NCBI GenBank assembly: GCA_937871585.1
Contig: CALMPJ010000203.1
Location: 3,963-67,962 of the forward strand
DNA from: an uncultured Acidobacteriota bacterium
Lineage (GTDB): Bacteria > Acidobacteriota > Blastocatellia > Pyrinomonadales > Pyrinomonadaceae
Direction: 5' to 3'
DNA length: 64,000 nucleotides
Shown: one piece after another, positions 25,861 through 33,994 of the stretch
Layout: each line of letters opens with the position of its first letter
Numbering within the stretch: position 1 is the stretch's first letter
The notes under the pieces: generated by a model
Told to the model about the DNA's origin: nothing
What the model saw: only the letters and a program-made list of their open reading frames with translations
Database searches by the model: none
Translations under genes and position numbers: made by a program

Positions 25861-27549
25861 TTACAAACACGACCACTTATCGCCCGCAAACATCGCTGGA
25901 GCTCCGGTTCCGCCACTTTGACACGGCGTAGTATTGCGGCGACAGTCGGTACAATAGGTGAACGAGCCGTTTTGTGCACGCTGGGGCAAGGTATTGATCG
26001 GCATCTGTGGCAGTTGGATAGGCGTGTTGAATTTTACGTCGGTGCCGAACAATGTTGGATGGCCTTCGACCGAGCCATCTTTTGGTTGGCCGGTCATCAT
26101 TACAACGGTTGCTCGGTCGAATTGGTTATTCGGCGTTTTTGAACCTACGCCTAAAACTCCACAGCCTAAGATATTTCCGTCATAGCAAAATCTGTCGCCG
26201 GTCGAATAGATACGCACTCGCTCATCTGCTTTCCACGTGTTGCCGCCGTACGAACTGCCTGTTGAGACGATTGTCCGGCGAGCTTTGAACACGATCGGAT
26301 CGGCGAAGATCGAATTGATGATCGCGATCGGATACGAATAGTCGCCGGCGTACGGATTTTCGACTTCGTTATAGACGATGGAATTCGTCATGTACTCTGT
26401 CTGAGAACCGATGATCGTGAGCGTTCCGCTGTCGAGAATATTCAAGAATGTTCCGCCCAACGCACCGCCGAAACCTCCGCCGAATGTGTCTTGAACCAAG
26501 AACATTCCCGCGCGTTCAATATGCATCGAATTCGCATTCTGTCCCGGACCTTTTTTCGGATTAATGAACAGCGACGACGAAATTCGCCAGTCCGTGTTTC
26601 GCGTATCGATATATAGTCCGGCGTCGCGGTTGAAAACAAAGCGGCAGGCGTTGATCTTTACGTAGTCGAACTGCCATTGCAAGGCCGTTTGCGGCAAACC
26701 GTAGGCGTTGATGCCGCGATTAAATCCCTGAAAACTAACGCGATCGAAATTAAATCCTTGAGCGCTGTGATAGGCACCGTAGGCTTCGACGCCGCTAGTG
26801 CCGACGTTGCTATCGGCGATCAATTCGATGTCGCGAATGGTGACGTTCTCGACGCATTCGCCGACTCGAAACAACGCCGTATTTGTACCGCGAAGACGAA
26901 GACGCGAAGGATTCGGACGCGTAAGATCGCTGGTCGACGCCAGCGAATGCAGGCCATTGGTTCCCTGAATTATCGCTCCCGAAGGCAACGCCACCGGGCC
27001 GGTAATTATGTAATCACCATTCGGAATGGTGAGCGTGCCGCCGTTGTTGATCGCTATCGCCGCCATTGCGCTGCGGAACGCGATAGTATCGTCTGTTTGT
27101 CCGTCGCCAGCCGCACCGAAATCGCGAATGTTGTAGAATCCGCGCGTTCTAGCGTCGTTGTTCGGAACTATGTTGTAAGTGATCGGCCCAGAAGTGCGAT
27201 CGCCTTGGTAAGAAATGCGATAGGCCTTGTCTTCGCCCTGAAAGCACCATCGAGCGGCCGTGCCATCAGCCTGCATTCGCGCCGAGGTTGCATTAGTTTT
27301 CGAAACGGTAGTTCGCGGAGCCAAATTCTCGCCGCCGCCGCAAGAGCTGACATTCAGCGGCGTCTTTGTATCAAGATCCGTGATCGTGATCGCCGTCGTC
27401 GGCGGAACGTACCTCACTGCGCAAACCGCCTGCTTCTGGTCCTTAGGAGCCTCGACAACTACGTTATAGCCTTCGAATCGATTTTGCGAAAAAGCGGGAA
27501 TTACGGCAGACGCAAGAACAACAGCGAACAAGACAAGTTTCAATTTCAT
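25861..27549 (-). CDS. Secreted right-handed parallel beta-helix protein (pectate-lyase superfamily / tailspike-like)
   Basis: FYNIRDFGAAGDGQTDDTIAFRSAMAA...GGTLTIPNGDYII is the pectate-lyase-3-like N-terminal motif. The signal peptide is MKLKLVLFAVVLASAVIPAFSQ. The ATG at 27549 with a GAGGG SD is preferred over the TTG at 27570 in the track. Confidence 0.7.
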   Translation of the reverse strand: MKLKLVLFAVVLASAVIPAFSQNRFEGYNVVVEAPKDQKQAVCAVRYVPPTTAITITDLDTKTPLNVSSCGGGENLAPRTTVSKTNATSARMQADGTAARWCFQGEDKAYRISYQGDRTSGPITYNIVPNNDARTRGFYNIRDFGAAGDGQTDDTIAFRSAMAAIAINNGGTLTIPNGDYIITGPVALPSGAIIQGTNGLHSLASTSDLTRPNPSRLRLRGTNTALFRVGECVENVTIRDIELIADSNVGTSGVEAYGAYHSAQGFNFDRVSFQGFNRGINAYGLPQTALQWQFDYVKINACRFVFNRDAGLYIDTRNTDWRISSSLFINPKKGPGQNANSMHIERAGMFLVQDTFGGGFGGALGGTFLNILDSGTLTIIGSQTEYMTNSIVYNEVENPYAGDYSYPIAIINSIFADPIVFKARRTIVSTGSSYGGNTWKADERVRIYSTGDRFCYDGNILGCGVLGVGSKTPNNQFDRATVVMMTGQPKDGSVEGHPTLFGTDVKFNTPIQLPQMPINTLPQRAQNGSFTYCTDCRRNTTPCQSGGTGAPAMFAGDKWSCL

Positions 27550-27553
27550 AATG

Positions 27554-27584
27554 CCCTCATTATCTCGCAAAGAGATAATGAGGG
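27554..27584 (-). promoter_or_regulatory. Perfect 13-bp hairpin whose 3' arm contains the Shine-Dalgarno sequence of the beta-helix gene
   Basis: On the minus strand: ccctcattatctc-tttgc-gagataatgaggg, then cattATG. The GAGGG of the SD lies inside the stem. Confidence 0.6.
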
Positions 27585-27603
27585 CAAAAGAAGAGTCGCC
27601 GAG

Positions 27604-29634
27604 TTAGTTTGCGATGATCTCTAGATCGTCGATCGAGTCGGTTAAAGAAACAACTCGTGTGTTGAAACTGGATCGTTTCGCATTTACCGAGATCGTATAG
27701 GTCTGGCCGACTTCGAGTCCGCCGATGCTGAAGTAACCAAACGATGACGTGCGAGCGGTACGCGTCTCACCGTTTGAATTGGTAACGGTTACGAGTGCAC
27801 CAGCAATACCGTTTCCGTTCTGCGACTTGACCAGTCCGCCTATCACGGCGTAGCTGGCTGTTGGTCCGAGACAGGTTGGAAACTTGAATGTGCCGATCCT
27901 AGTCTGCCAGTTCGTTCCGAGAGCGGCATAGTACTCTTGCGTGTACCAAAATGTGCAGTCGTCGATCGGGTCGACCGTCATTGAGCTGTAATCTCCCCAA
28001 CGACCTCCTCCTCCTGACGTCTGCGAATTGCGGGTAACACCAGTCAGCATTGATGTTTCCGTCTGCGGCAGCGTTCCAAGCGTATCTCCGGCGAGTCGGC
28101 CGGAGTATCGAATATCAGGATGCGTCGTAGAATTGGCGGCCGTATATCCGAGTGCCATATTCCCTTGCTTGTCAACCGCCAATGAACCCATGAATCGGTG
28201 CAGTCCGTCAGCACCATTGTTGAAGATCTGCTGCTGGACCGGCGTCGTATTAACCGTAGTGCCGGTGACGTTTATCTGAGCCCACTGAATTCCGACAGGC
28301 GTTGTCGCGGTGGTCGTGCCGGTCGTGTGATTGACCCATAACGATTCAGCTCCCGAGAGATTTCGATACTGAACCTGTTTCATTACACGGTCGGCAAGTG
28401 TATCGATATTAGCTCCCGCACCGGCAGGAGTGGCGATCGCACCAGATGCAACGTTGTATGCTGTTTGAGAAACATTTGTTGGGCCCGTAAAAGTGCTGCT
28501 TGCAGGAGTTACAAAATTAACGCTGAACTTGAATACTTCCCAAGCGAAAACGGTTCCCGATTCCCCGACGAAGTATTGAGGCGTTCCAACAGGCGGGATC
28601 GTGCCCCGATAGTTCGCCGGAAAAACCGAAAACCGCGAAGAGCCAAGGTCTGAAACCTGAACATCGTTGGCGGTGAGAGCGGTGCCATTGATCATCTTCG
28701 AAAAGTTGAACGCATAGGCCCGTGCTCCCATGTAGGTCGCACTCGAACAGGTAGCATTTAGACAGTCAAACATGTTCGTTCCCATGTATAGCCCGTCCCG
28801 CCAAATCCCCATTTTTGGATAGTCCGGCAGCCATGGATGCGCTGCATCATCAGCTCTAATTGCATAAAGCCACCATCCGCCGGTCACCGGATTCGAAGTT
28901 TTCGAAACAGCGATACACTCGTAATATGGACCATTTTGTAGATTACTCCACGAAAAGTCCGCGATCACAAAACGTCCGGTTCCCGGATCGAAATTTACAG
29001 TAGGATCACCATTGTGAGCAGTATCACAAGGCGTGCCGGTCCCGGCTCCTGTCCAAAGTGACGCAAATGTTGAGGTTGCCAAGGTCGTACCGCTCTTGTC
29101 GGTAATTCGAAAGGACGTGTTTACGGCTTGAATATAGTGGCTGTAGCCAACATCCCCATCGGTGTCCGGCGGCCAGCCCGAGCCGTTAGTCAGACGCTCC
29201 ATTCCATTGAAACTCGATAGCGGAGTCGGCATCGGTGCTGCCGGAGCAACAGGAGCTTCCGGTTCCACCGGTTTGTCTGTGGGCGGGACTTTCACAAAAA
29301 CCGGCCTCTTCTTACCCTGAGGCCGAGCGAGCCGAAATCGCTCACGTTCCGCTTCGGTTACCACATCCGAAAGATCACGTGCGTCGCCGTTGTAAGCTGA
29401 TGGTGTTACCGGTTGCCCCGTCCTTACCACGAACTTTGAACCATCATCGGATCTCGGAATGACTTTCTTGTTAGTCTGCTTGCTGCTTCGTGACTTGATC
29501 AAGATCCTAGGTGCAGGCGTCACTTTTTTGCGTTGAATTTGTTTTTGACCAAATGCGTCGTAAGACCCTGCAAAAAGCAAAGAAAATACCGAAAAGATCA
29601 GTACGGAAATGAAAGGATGGCGATTAAATTTCAT
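27604..29634 (-). CDS. Secreted protein with a C-terminal carboxypeptidase-regulatory-like (Ig-like) domain; N-terminal domain unassigned
   Basis: 676 aa with a signal peptide. RWGDYSSMTVDP is a propeller-like motif. The C-terminus GALVTVTNSNGETRTARTSSFGYFSIGGLEVGQTYTISV is CarboxypepD_reg-like. Confidence 0.55.
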   Translation of the reverse strand: MKFNRHPFISVLIFSVFSLLFAGSYDAFGQKQIQRKKVTPAPRILIKSRSSKQTNKKVIPRSDDGSKFVVRTGQPVTPSAYNGDARDLSDVVTEAERERFRLARPQGKKRPVFVKVPPTDKPVEPEAPVAPAAPMPTPLSSFNGMERLTNGSGWPPDTDGDVGYSHYIQAVNTSFRITDKSGTTLATSTFASLWTGAGTGTPCDTAHNGDPTVNFDPGTGRFVIADFSWSNLQNGPYYECIAVSKTSNPVTGGWWLYAIRADDAAHPWLPDYPKMGIWRDGLYMGTNMFDCLNATCSSATYMGARAYAFNFSKMINGTALTANDVQVSDLGSSRFSVFPANYRGTIPPVGTPQYFVGESGTVFAWEVFKFSVNFVTPASSTFTGPTNVSQTAYNVASGAIATPAGAGANIDTLADRVMKQVQYRNLSGAESLWVNHTTGTTTATTPVGIQWAQINVTGTTVNTTPVQQQIFNNGADGLHRFMGSLAVDKQGNMALGYTAANSTTHPDIRYSGRLAGDTLGTLPQTETSMLTGVTRNSQTSGGGGRWGDYSSMTVDPIDDCTFWYTQEYYAALGTNWQTRIGTFKFPTCLGPTASYAVIGGLVKSQNGNGIAGALVTVTNSNGETRTARTSSFGYFSIGGLEVGQTYTISVNAKRSSFNTRVVSLTDSIDDLEIIAN

Positions 29635-29745
29635 AGGCCCCTCTTACTTAAATAAAGATCGAAAAGGAAGAAAACAGAAATTGCTTGTCAAAGGATAGCA
29701 TGCGGGCTACGTAATCGTCTCATAAATTTACAGGGCCAATGAAGA

Positions 29746-30795
29746 TCAATCGATAGCATTAAGCAGCGGAAGGGAATCGGGATCCTTTCGCATTGGCTCT
29801 AAACCAAAATGTTCAAAAGCGCGTCGAGTGGCCACACGGCCGCGTGGCGTTCGGTCTAGAAAGCCTATTTGGAGGAGATATGGTTCGATGATCTCTTCGA
29901 TCGAATCTTTCTCTTCGTGGATGGCGGCGGAAAGTGTGCCGAGGCCGACGGGGCCGCCGTCGAATTTTTCGATGATGGTGCGGAGCAGTTTTGCGTCGCG
30001 TTCGTCGAGGCCGTAGCTGTCGACTTCCATTTTGTCGAGCGAATCGGCAGCGACAGTGCCGTCAATACGGCCCTCGTGATCGACCTCTGCGAAGTCTCTA
30101 ACTCTTCTGAGCAAACGATTTACGATTCGCGGCGTGCCGCGGCCACGGCGTGCGATCTCATGCGACCCTTCATTATCGACCTCGACGTCAAGTATTCTTG
30201 CCGATCGGTCACAGATGGTCCGCAGTTCTTCAACGCCGTAAAAATCGAGGTGAAATATGATCCCGAATCGTCCGCGTAGCGGTGCCGTGATCATGCCCGG
30301 ACGCGTCGTTGCGCCGATCAGCGTGAACTTCGGTAGATCGAGTTTGATCGATCGCGCAGCAGCACCCTGACCGATCATAATGTCGAGATTGTAGTCCTCC
30401 ATCGCGGGATATAGGATCTCCTCGATCGCGGGGCTGAGGCGATGAATTTCGTCGATGAAAAGCACGTCGCCTTCGTCGAGGTTGGTCAGAATAGCAGCAA
30501 GATCTCCGGCTTTTTCGATGATCGGCCCGGCCGTCGATTTGAGCGAAGCTCCCATTTCATTCGCAACGATGTTCGAAAGCGTGGTCTTCCCAACTCCCGG
30601 CGGGCCCGTCAGCAAAATGTGATCGAGAGCCTCGCGGCGCCGAAGAGCAGCCTGCATGAACACGCGAAGATTATCTTTTACCTTTTGTTGGCCGATGTAT
30701 TCCGATATCTTAGTCGGACGCAAGCTGGCCTCGAACCGCGACTCTTCGACCGAGACTTCGTCACTTCGTATGCTAATTGTGCCGTAATCGGACAT
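29746..30795 (-). CDS. ruvB: Holliday junction branch migration ATPase RuvB
   Basis: [49 protein letters not shown]. Confidence 0.97.
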   Translation of the reverse strand: MSDYGTISIRSDEVSVEESRFEASLRPTKISEYIGQQKVKDNLRVFMQAALRRREALDHILLTGPPGVGKTTLSNIVANEMGASLKSTAGPIIEKAGDLAAILTNLDEGDVLFIDEIHRLSPAIEEILYPAMEDYNLDIMIGQGAAARSIKLDLPKFTLIGATTRPGMITAPLRGRFGIIFHLDFYGVEELRTICDRSARILDVEVDNEGSHEIARRGRGTPRIVNRLLRRVRDFAEVDHEGRIDGTVAADSLDKMEVDSYGLDERDAKLLRTIIEKFDGGPVGLGTLSAAIHEEKDSIEEIIEPYLLQIGFLDRTPRGRVATRRAFEHFGLEPMRKDPDSLPLLNAID

Positions 30796-30810
30796 TGGTT
30801 AAGAATTTTC

Positions 30811-30881
30811 GTCCACAGATGGACACAGATAAACACAGATTGGATCAATTTATCTGAGTCTATCTGTGTTCATCTGTGGAC
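30811..30881. repeat. 30-bp imperfect inverted repeat whose arms are tandem decamers (CACAGATnnn)x3
   Basis: gtccacagatggacacagataaacacagat / atctgagtctatctgtgttcatctgtggac match at 27 of 30 positions, with an 11-nt loop. It lies between the CPBP stop and the ruvB start. Confidence 0.85.
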
Positions 30882-30890
30882 CGACTCTTA

Positions 30891-31670
30891 CTAGAATAAC
30901 AGACCCTTGTGATAAAGAGCCAAAATATCCATTGAAAGTGCAACAGTACAATGCAGCACAAGTCCCAGCCAGATCGTGCCGTTTTTATAGCTGATCCAAC
31001 CAAGAAATAGGCCAGCGAAAATGGCCGCGAATGTTTCCGCCATCGGCTTTTGAAAATGGATCATCACGTAGGGAACCATCATTACCAACACCGAATAGAA
31101 ACCGAGCGAAGGCTTGAGACTGTGAACCAGAAATCCGCGAAAAAAGAACTCGAGGCCGAAAAACTGCGCGAAATAGATAAGTTCCCAGATCAGGAGAGTC
31201 GTTCCAATATTCGGATCGACATCGTAGAATTGCAAAAACGGATACTTCGACGAGAAACTCTCGGTCAGCGACATTAAATAAACCAACGGCAACATGATCG
31301 CGATGCAAATGCCGAGCAGTTTCAAAAATCCGGGCTCGACCTTCGCCGCGAGTCCAATTTCGCTCAGCTTCCGTTTCTGAACAAACAACACAAACAAAAC
31401 CGGCGGCACTACATAGAAAAATACCGAGATAAAGGCCCACCAAAGTAGGCCATAAAGGTTGCTCGTAGTCGGAAATTCGGCCTCAAGGCCGACATGAGCG
31501 AACTGCGTACTTGCCAATATCAAATTCAGAAACTTCGGGTCTTTGATATAAAAGATCAGCGTCAAACCAACGGCGGCGTAGATCAAAGCGAAGATCGCTC
31601 TGCGATCCAACTCGCCGAGGTCGTGTTTGAATTGTCGGGCGATCTCAAGCATCGAGCGGCTATTTTGCAA
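30891..31670 (-). CDS. CPBP family (CAAX / Abi-like) intramembrane metalloprotease
   Basis: Polytopic. WELIYFAQFFGLEFFFRGFL gives the EExxxR-type motif, followed by HFQKP and HCTVALSMD. An alternative ATG start lies at 31652. Confidence 0.8.
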   Translation of the reverse strand: MQNSRSMLEIARQFKHDLGELDRRAIFALIYAAVGLTLIFYIKDPKFLNLILASTQFAHVGLEAEFPTTSNLYGLLWWAFISVFFYVVPPVLFVLFVQKRKLSEIGLAAKVEPGFLKLLGICIAIMLPLVYLMSLTESFSSKYPFLQFYDVDPNIGTTLLIWELIYFAQFFGLEFFFRGFLVHSLKPSLGFYSVLVMMVPYVMIHFQKPMAETFAAIFAGLFLGWISYKNGTIWLGLVLHCTVALSMDILALYHKGLLF

Positions 31671-32259
31671 GTATCTGGAGCGATGATCTGAGCAGTTTCT
31701 GAACCGTCAGTTCCGAACCTTCTTTCATCGCCTGCTGCAGTGCTTTTTCGGCAGCAGCTTTTTGATAACCAAGATTTACGAGTGCCGACAATGCATCGTC
31801 AACGACCTCATTGTCACTGGTCGGCAGCGAAACGGACCCGGTCTTTCCGGTTTCGATCGAGGCGACCTTATCGCGAAGCTCGACGATCAGACGCTCAGCG
31901 GTTTTTTTGCCGACGCCGGGAATTGATGTGAGTTTTGTAATGTTTCCACTGCGAATGGCGAGAACTATGTCGTCTGAGCTCATTCCTGAAAGCAGCGTCA
32001 CGCCCGACTTTGCTCCGACACCTTGAACTGAGATCAGCAAGAGATATAGGTCGCGTTCGCGGGCCGTTTGAAAGCCGAATAGCTGTATCGCGTCTTCGCG
32101 TACGTGAGTGTGAATACGCAGACTAACGTCCGCGCCGATCTCGCCTAATTCGTAGTATGTCGAAAGCGGAATCCCGACCTCATAGCCGACGCCACCGACG
32201 TCGATGACGACTCGGTCGGTGTCTTTTTCTAAAATCTTGCCGGTAAGGTGAGCGATCAT
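31660..32259 (-). CDS. ruvA: Holliday junction DNA helicase subunit RuvA
   Basis: MIAHLTGKILEKDTDRVVIDVGGVGYEVGIPLSTY, with HhH motifs (IPGVGKKTAERLI). Confidence 0.93.
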   Translation of the reverse strand: MIAHLTGKILEKDTDRVVIDVGGVGYEVGIPLSTYYELGEIGADVSLRIHTHVREDAIQLFGFQTARERDLYLLLISVQGVGAKSGVTLLSGMSSDDIVLAIRSGNITKLTSIPGVGKKTAERLIVELRDKVASIETGKTGSVSLPTSDNEVVDDALSALVNLGYQKAAAEKALQQAMKEGSELTVQKLLRSSLQILAK

Positions 32260-32301
32260 CGTTTCACGGTTGCAACATGATTGTAAGGCAAAAGAAGAAA
32301 T

Positions 32302-32376
32302 GCCACAAAGGAACGAAGAAACAAAGTTACTAAAAATCGATAATTGTGGCTCTTTGTTCCTTCGTGTCTTTGTGGC
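32302..32376. repeat. 25-bp imperfect inverted repeat with A/C-rich word arms (CACAAAG / CGAAG)
   Basis: gccacaaaggaacgaagaaacaaag / ctttgttccttcgtgtctttgtggc match at 22 of 25 positions, with a 25-nt loop. It lies in the divergent ruvA-rex intergenic region. Confidence 0.8.
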
Positions 32377-32422
32377 GTCCCCTCTCTTGCGCTTGTTTTC
32401 ACAATCTGTTCAGATGTAGTTA

Positions 32423-33064
32423 ATGCCGCGTATTGAAAAAATATCGGAACTAACCACGATGCGGCTCAGCATCTACCTTCGCTGCCTTAAAGAAATGGCG
32501 GCGGAAGGTGCAGCCTCGGTGTCGTCTGACACTCTTGCGAAACGCTTTCATCTCAACTCAGCTCAGATCCGCAAAGACCTCGCGAACTTTGGCGAATTCG
32601 GCGTTCGCGGCGTCGGCTATAACATTGAGCAGCTTTCTGAACACCTTGTCCGCATTCTTGGCCTTGATCGAGAGCATCAGGTCGGCATCATCGGTGCGGG
32701 TCGTCTAGGAATGGCGTTGACGGATTATTATGGTTTTCGGCAAACGAATTTCACGGTAACCGCGCTTTTTGATACTGACAAAACAAAGGTCGGACGCACG
32801 TATGGCGAAGTTGCGATACTCGATATTTCCGAGATCAAGCGAGCCGTCAGCGACGGATTGATCGATGTCGCCGTGATCGCGGTTCCTGCGCCATTCGCTC
32901 AGGAGGCGTTGGATATTGTTGTCGAAGCAGGCGTTAAGGCTGTGATGAACTTCGCTCCGGTTCCGCTCAAGGCTCCGAGCGATGTAAAGGTGAAATCGAT
33001 CGATCTGACGATCGCGTTAGAGAGCCTTTCGTATTTTCTCGCAACAAAAAATGGCAGCGAATAA
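32423..33064 (+). CDS. rex: Redox-sensing transcriptional repressor Rex
   Basis: TTMRLSIYLRCLKEM...SSDTLAKRFHLNSAQIRKDLANFGEFGVRGVGYNI gives the winged helix, and GIIGAGRLGMAL gives the Rossmann fold. Confidence 0.9.
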   Translation: MPRIEKISELTTMRLSIYLRCLKEMAAEGAASVSSDTLAKRFHLNSAQIRKDLANFGEFGVRGVGYNIEQLSEHLVRILGLDREHQVGIIGAGRLGMALTDYYGFRQTNFTVTALFDTDKTKVGRTYGEVAILDISEIKRAVSDGLIDVAVIAVPAPFAQEALDIVVEAGVKAVMNFAPVPLKAPSDVKVKSIDLTIALESLSYFLATKNGSE

Positions 33065-33123
33065 ACGCGGAACCAAATTCTTGCGTCAAACGTAATATAA
33101 GTTGTAACTTTAGATAAGGAATT

Positions 33124-33462
33124 ATGTGTTGTATGGCATTCATAAAAAGGTTCGCACCATTCGCGATAGCTTTGTCGATCGGGCTGTTTATTACGAGTCT
33201 TTTCGTTGACATTTCGATGCCGCGATTTGGCGGTAAGCATCGCGCAAAACGACGTCAATACGTGGAGCAGTTGGAGCAAAGGAATGCGGAACTCGAACGC
33301 CAAAACGCAGAGCTTCGTTCGCAGGTAGAATCGCAAACGGGAACGAGAAACGTGATCGTAACATTGCCGAATGGCGATGCGACCGTAACTGAACTTCCGG
33401 TTCCGCCGATCGCTCCGGTAGCACCGATACCGCCGGTTCCTGCGGTTTCGCACAAACACTAA
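33124..33462 (+). CDS. Small membrane-anchored coiled-coil protein, function unknown
   Basis: 112 aa with a TM helix (FAPFAIALSIGLFITSLFV), a coiled coil (QLEQRNAELERQNAELRSQ) and a Pro-rich tail. Confidence 0.4.
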   Translation: MCCMAFIKRFAPFAIALSIGLFITSLFVDISMPRFGGKHRAKRRQYVEQLEQRNAELERQNAELRSQVESQTGTRNVIVTLPNGDATVTELPVPPIAPVAPIPPVPAVSHKH

Positions 33463-33481
33463 CTGACTTTCACGCAATTTT

Positions 33482-33540
33482 GAACCACAGATTCACTCGC
33501 AACGCGGCGATGTGTTAATCTGTGGTTCTTGTATTTGAGG
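33482..33540 (+). terminator. Long hairpin (CACAGAT-word arms) after the 112-aa ORF; possible terminator
   Basis: gaaccacagatt...aatctgtggttc (12 bp, extendable inward) followed by ttgtattt. Confidence 0.45.
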
Positions 33541-33547
33541 AATTAGA

Positions 33548-33994
33548 ATGCGAAGGCTTACAGGCGGTTTTTTATGCTTTGTCGTTTCGTTGGCATTAGG
33601 CATCGCCTCGGTCAAACTAATTGATTTCAAGGATGTTAATGAGGTGCATTTGCCGACGGTCGAACCCGTTCCCGTAGTTCCCGAAAGTAGAATAGAGAGT
33701 GGAGAAGCAAAACTTCCAGCGACCCGAAATCACTTAAATTGTTTTGAAGTAGAATCTTGGGATTCTTACCGCGAGCAAGCAGGACTGGACGAGAAAGAAT
33801 TGGATGCTCTGGTGGACGAGATGCTTCCGACACTTCCTAAAGAATTGAGAAAGGATCGCAAAAGGCTACGGGAATTTTTGGAACGCGAATTCTTAGGTGA
33901 AAACTTCAAACCGGCGACAACGAGAGATTTGCTATTCAGGACGATCTGTACAGATTTAGATGGACGAAACAAGCGCAAGAAAACTGATCGTTGA
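33548..33994 (+). CDS. Membrane-anchored hypothetical protein
   Basis: 148 aa with an N-terminal TM helix and a charged C-terminus. It overlaps the aldolase start by 35 nt. Confidence 0.4.
   Translation: MRRLTGGFLCFVVSLALGIASVKLIDFKDVNEVHLPTVEPVPVVPESRIESGEAKLPATRNHLNCFEVESWDSYREQAGLDEKELDALVDEMLPTLPKELRKDRKRLREFLEREFLGENFKPATTRDLLFRTICTDLDGRNKRKKTDR

Noticed and set aside
33124-33994. The two small membrane ORFs between rex and the aldolase, considered as components of the BMC system.
   Set aside because: They have no shell, cargo or encapsulation-peptide features and are plain TM-anchored proteins of low information content. Co-orientation alone is insufficient, so they are kept as hypothetical CDS.
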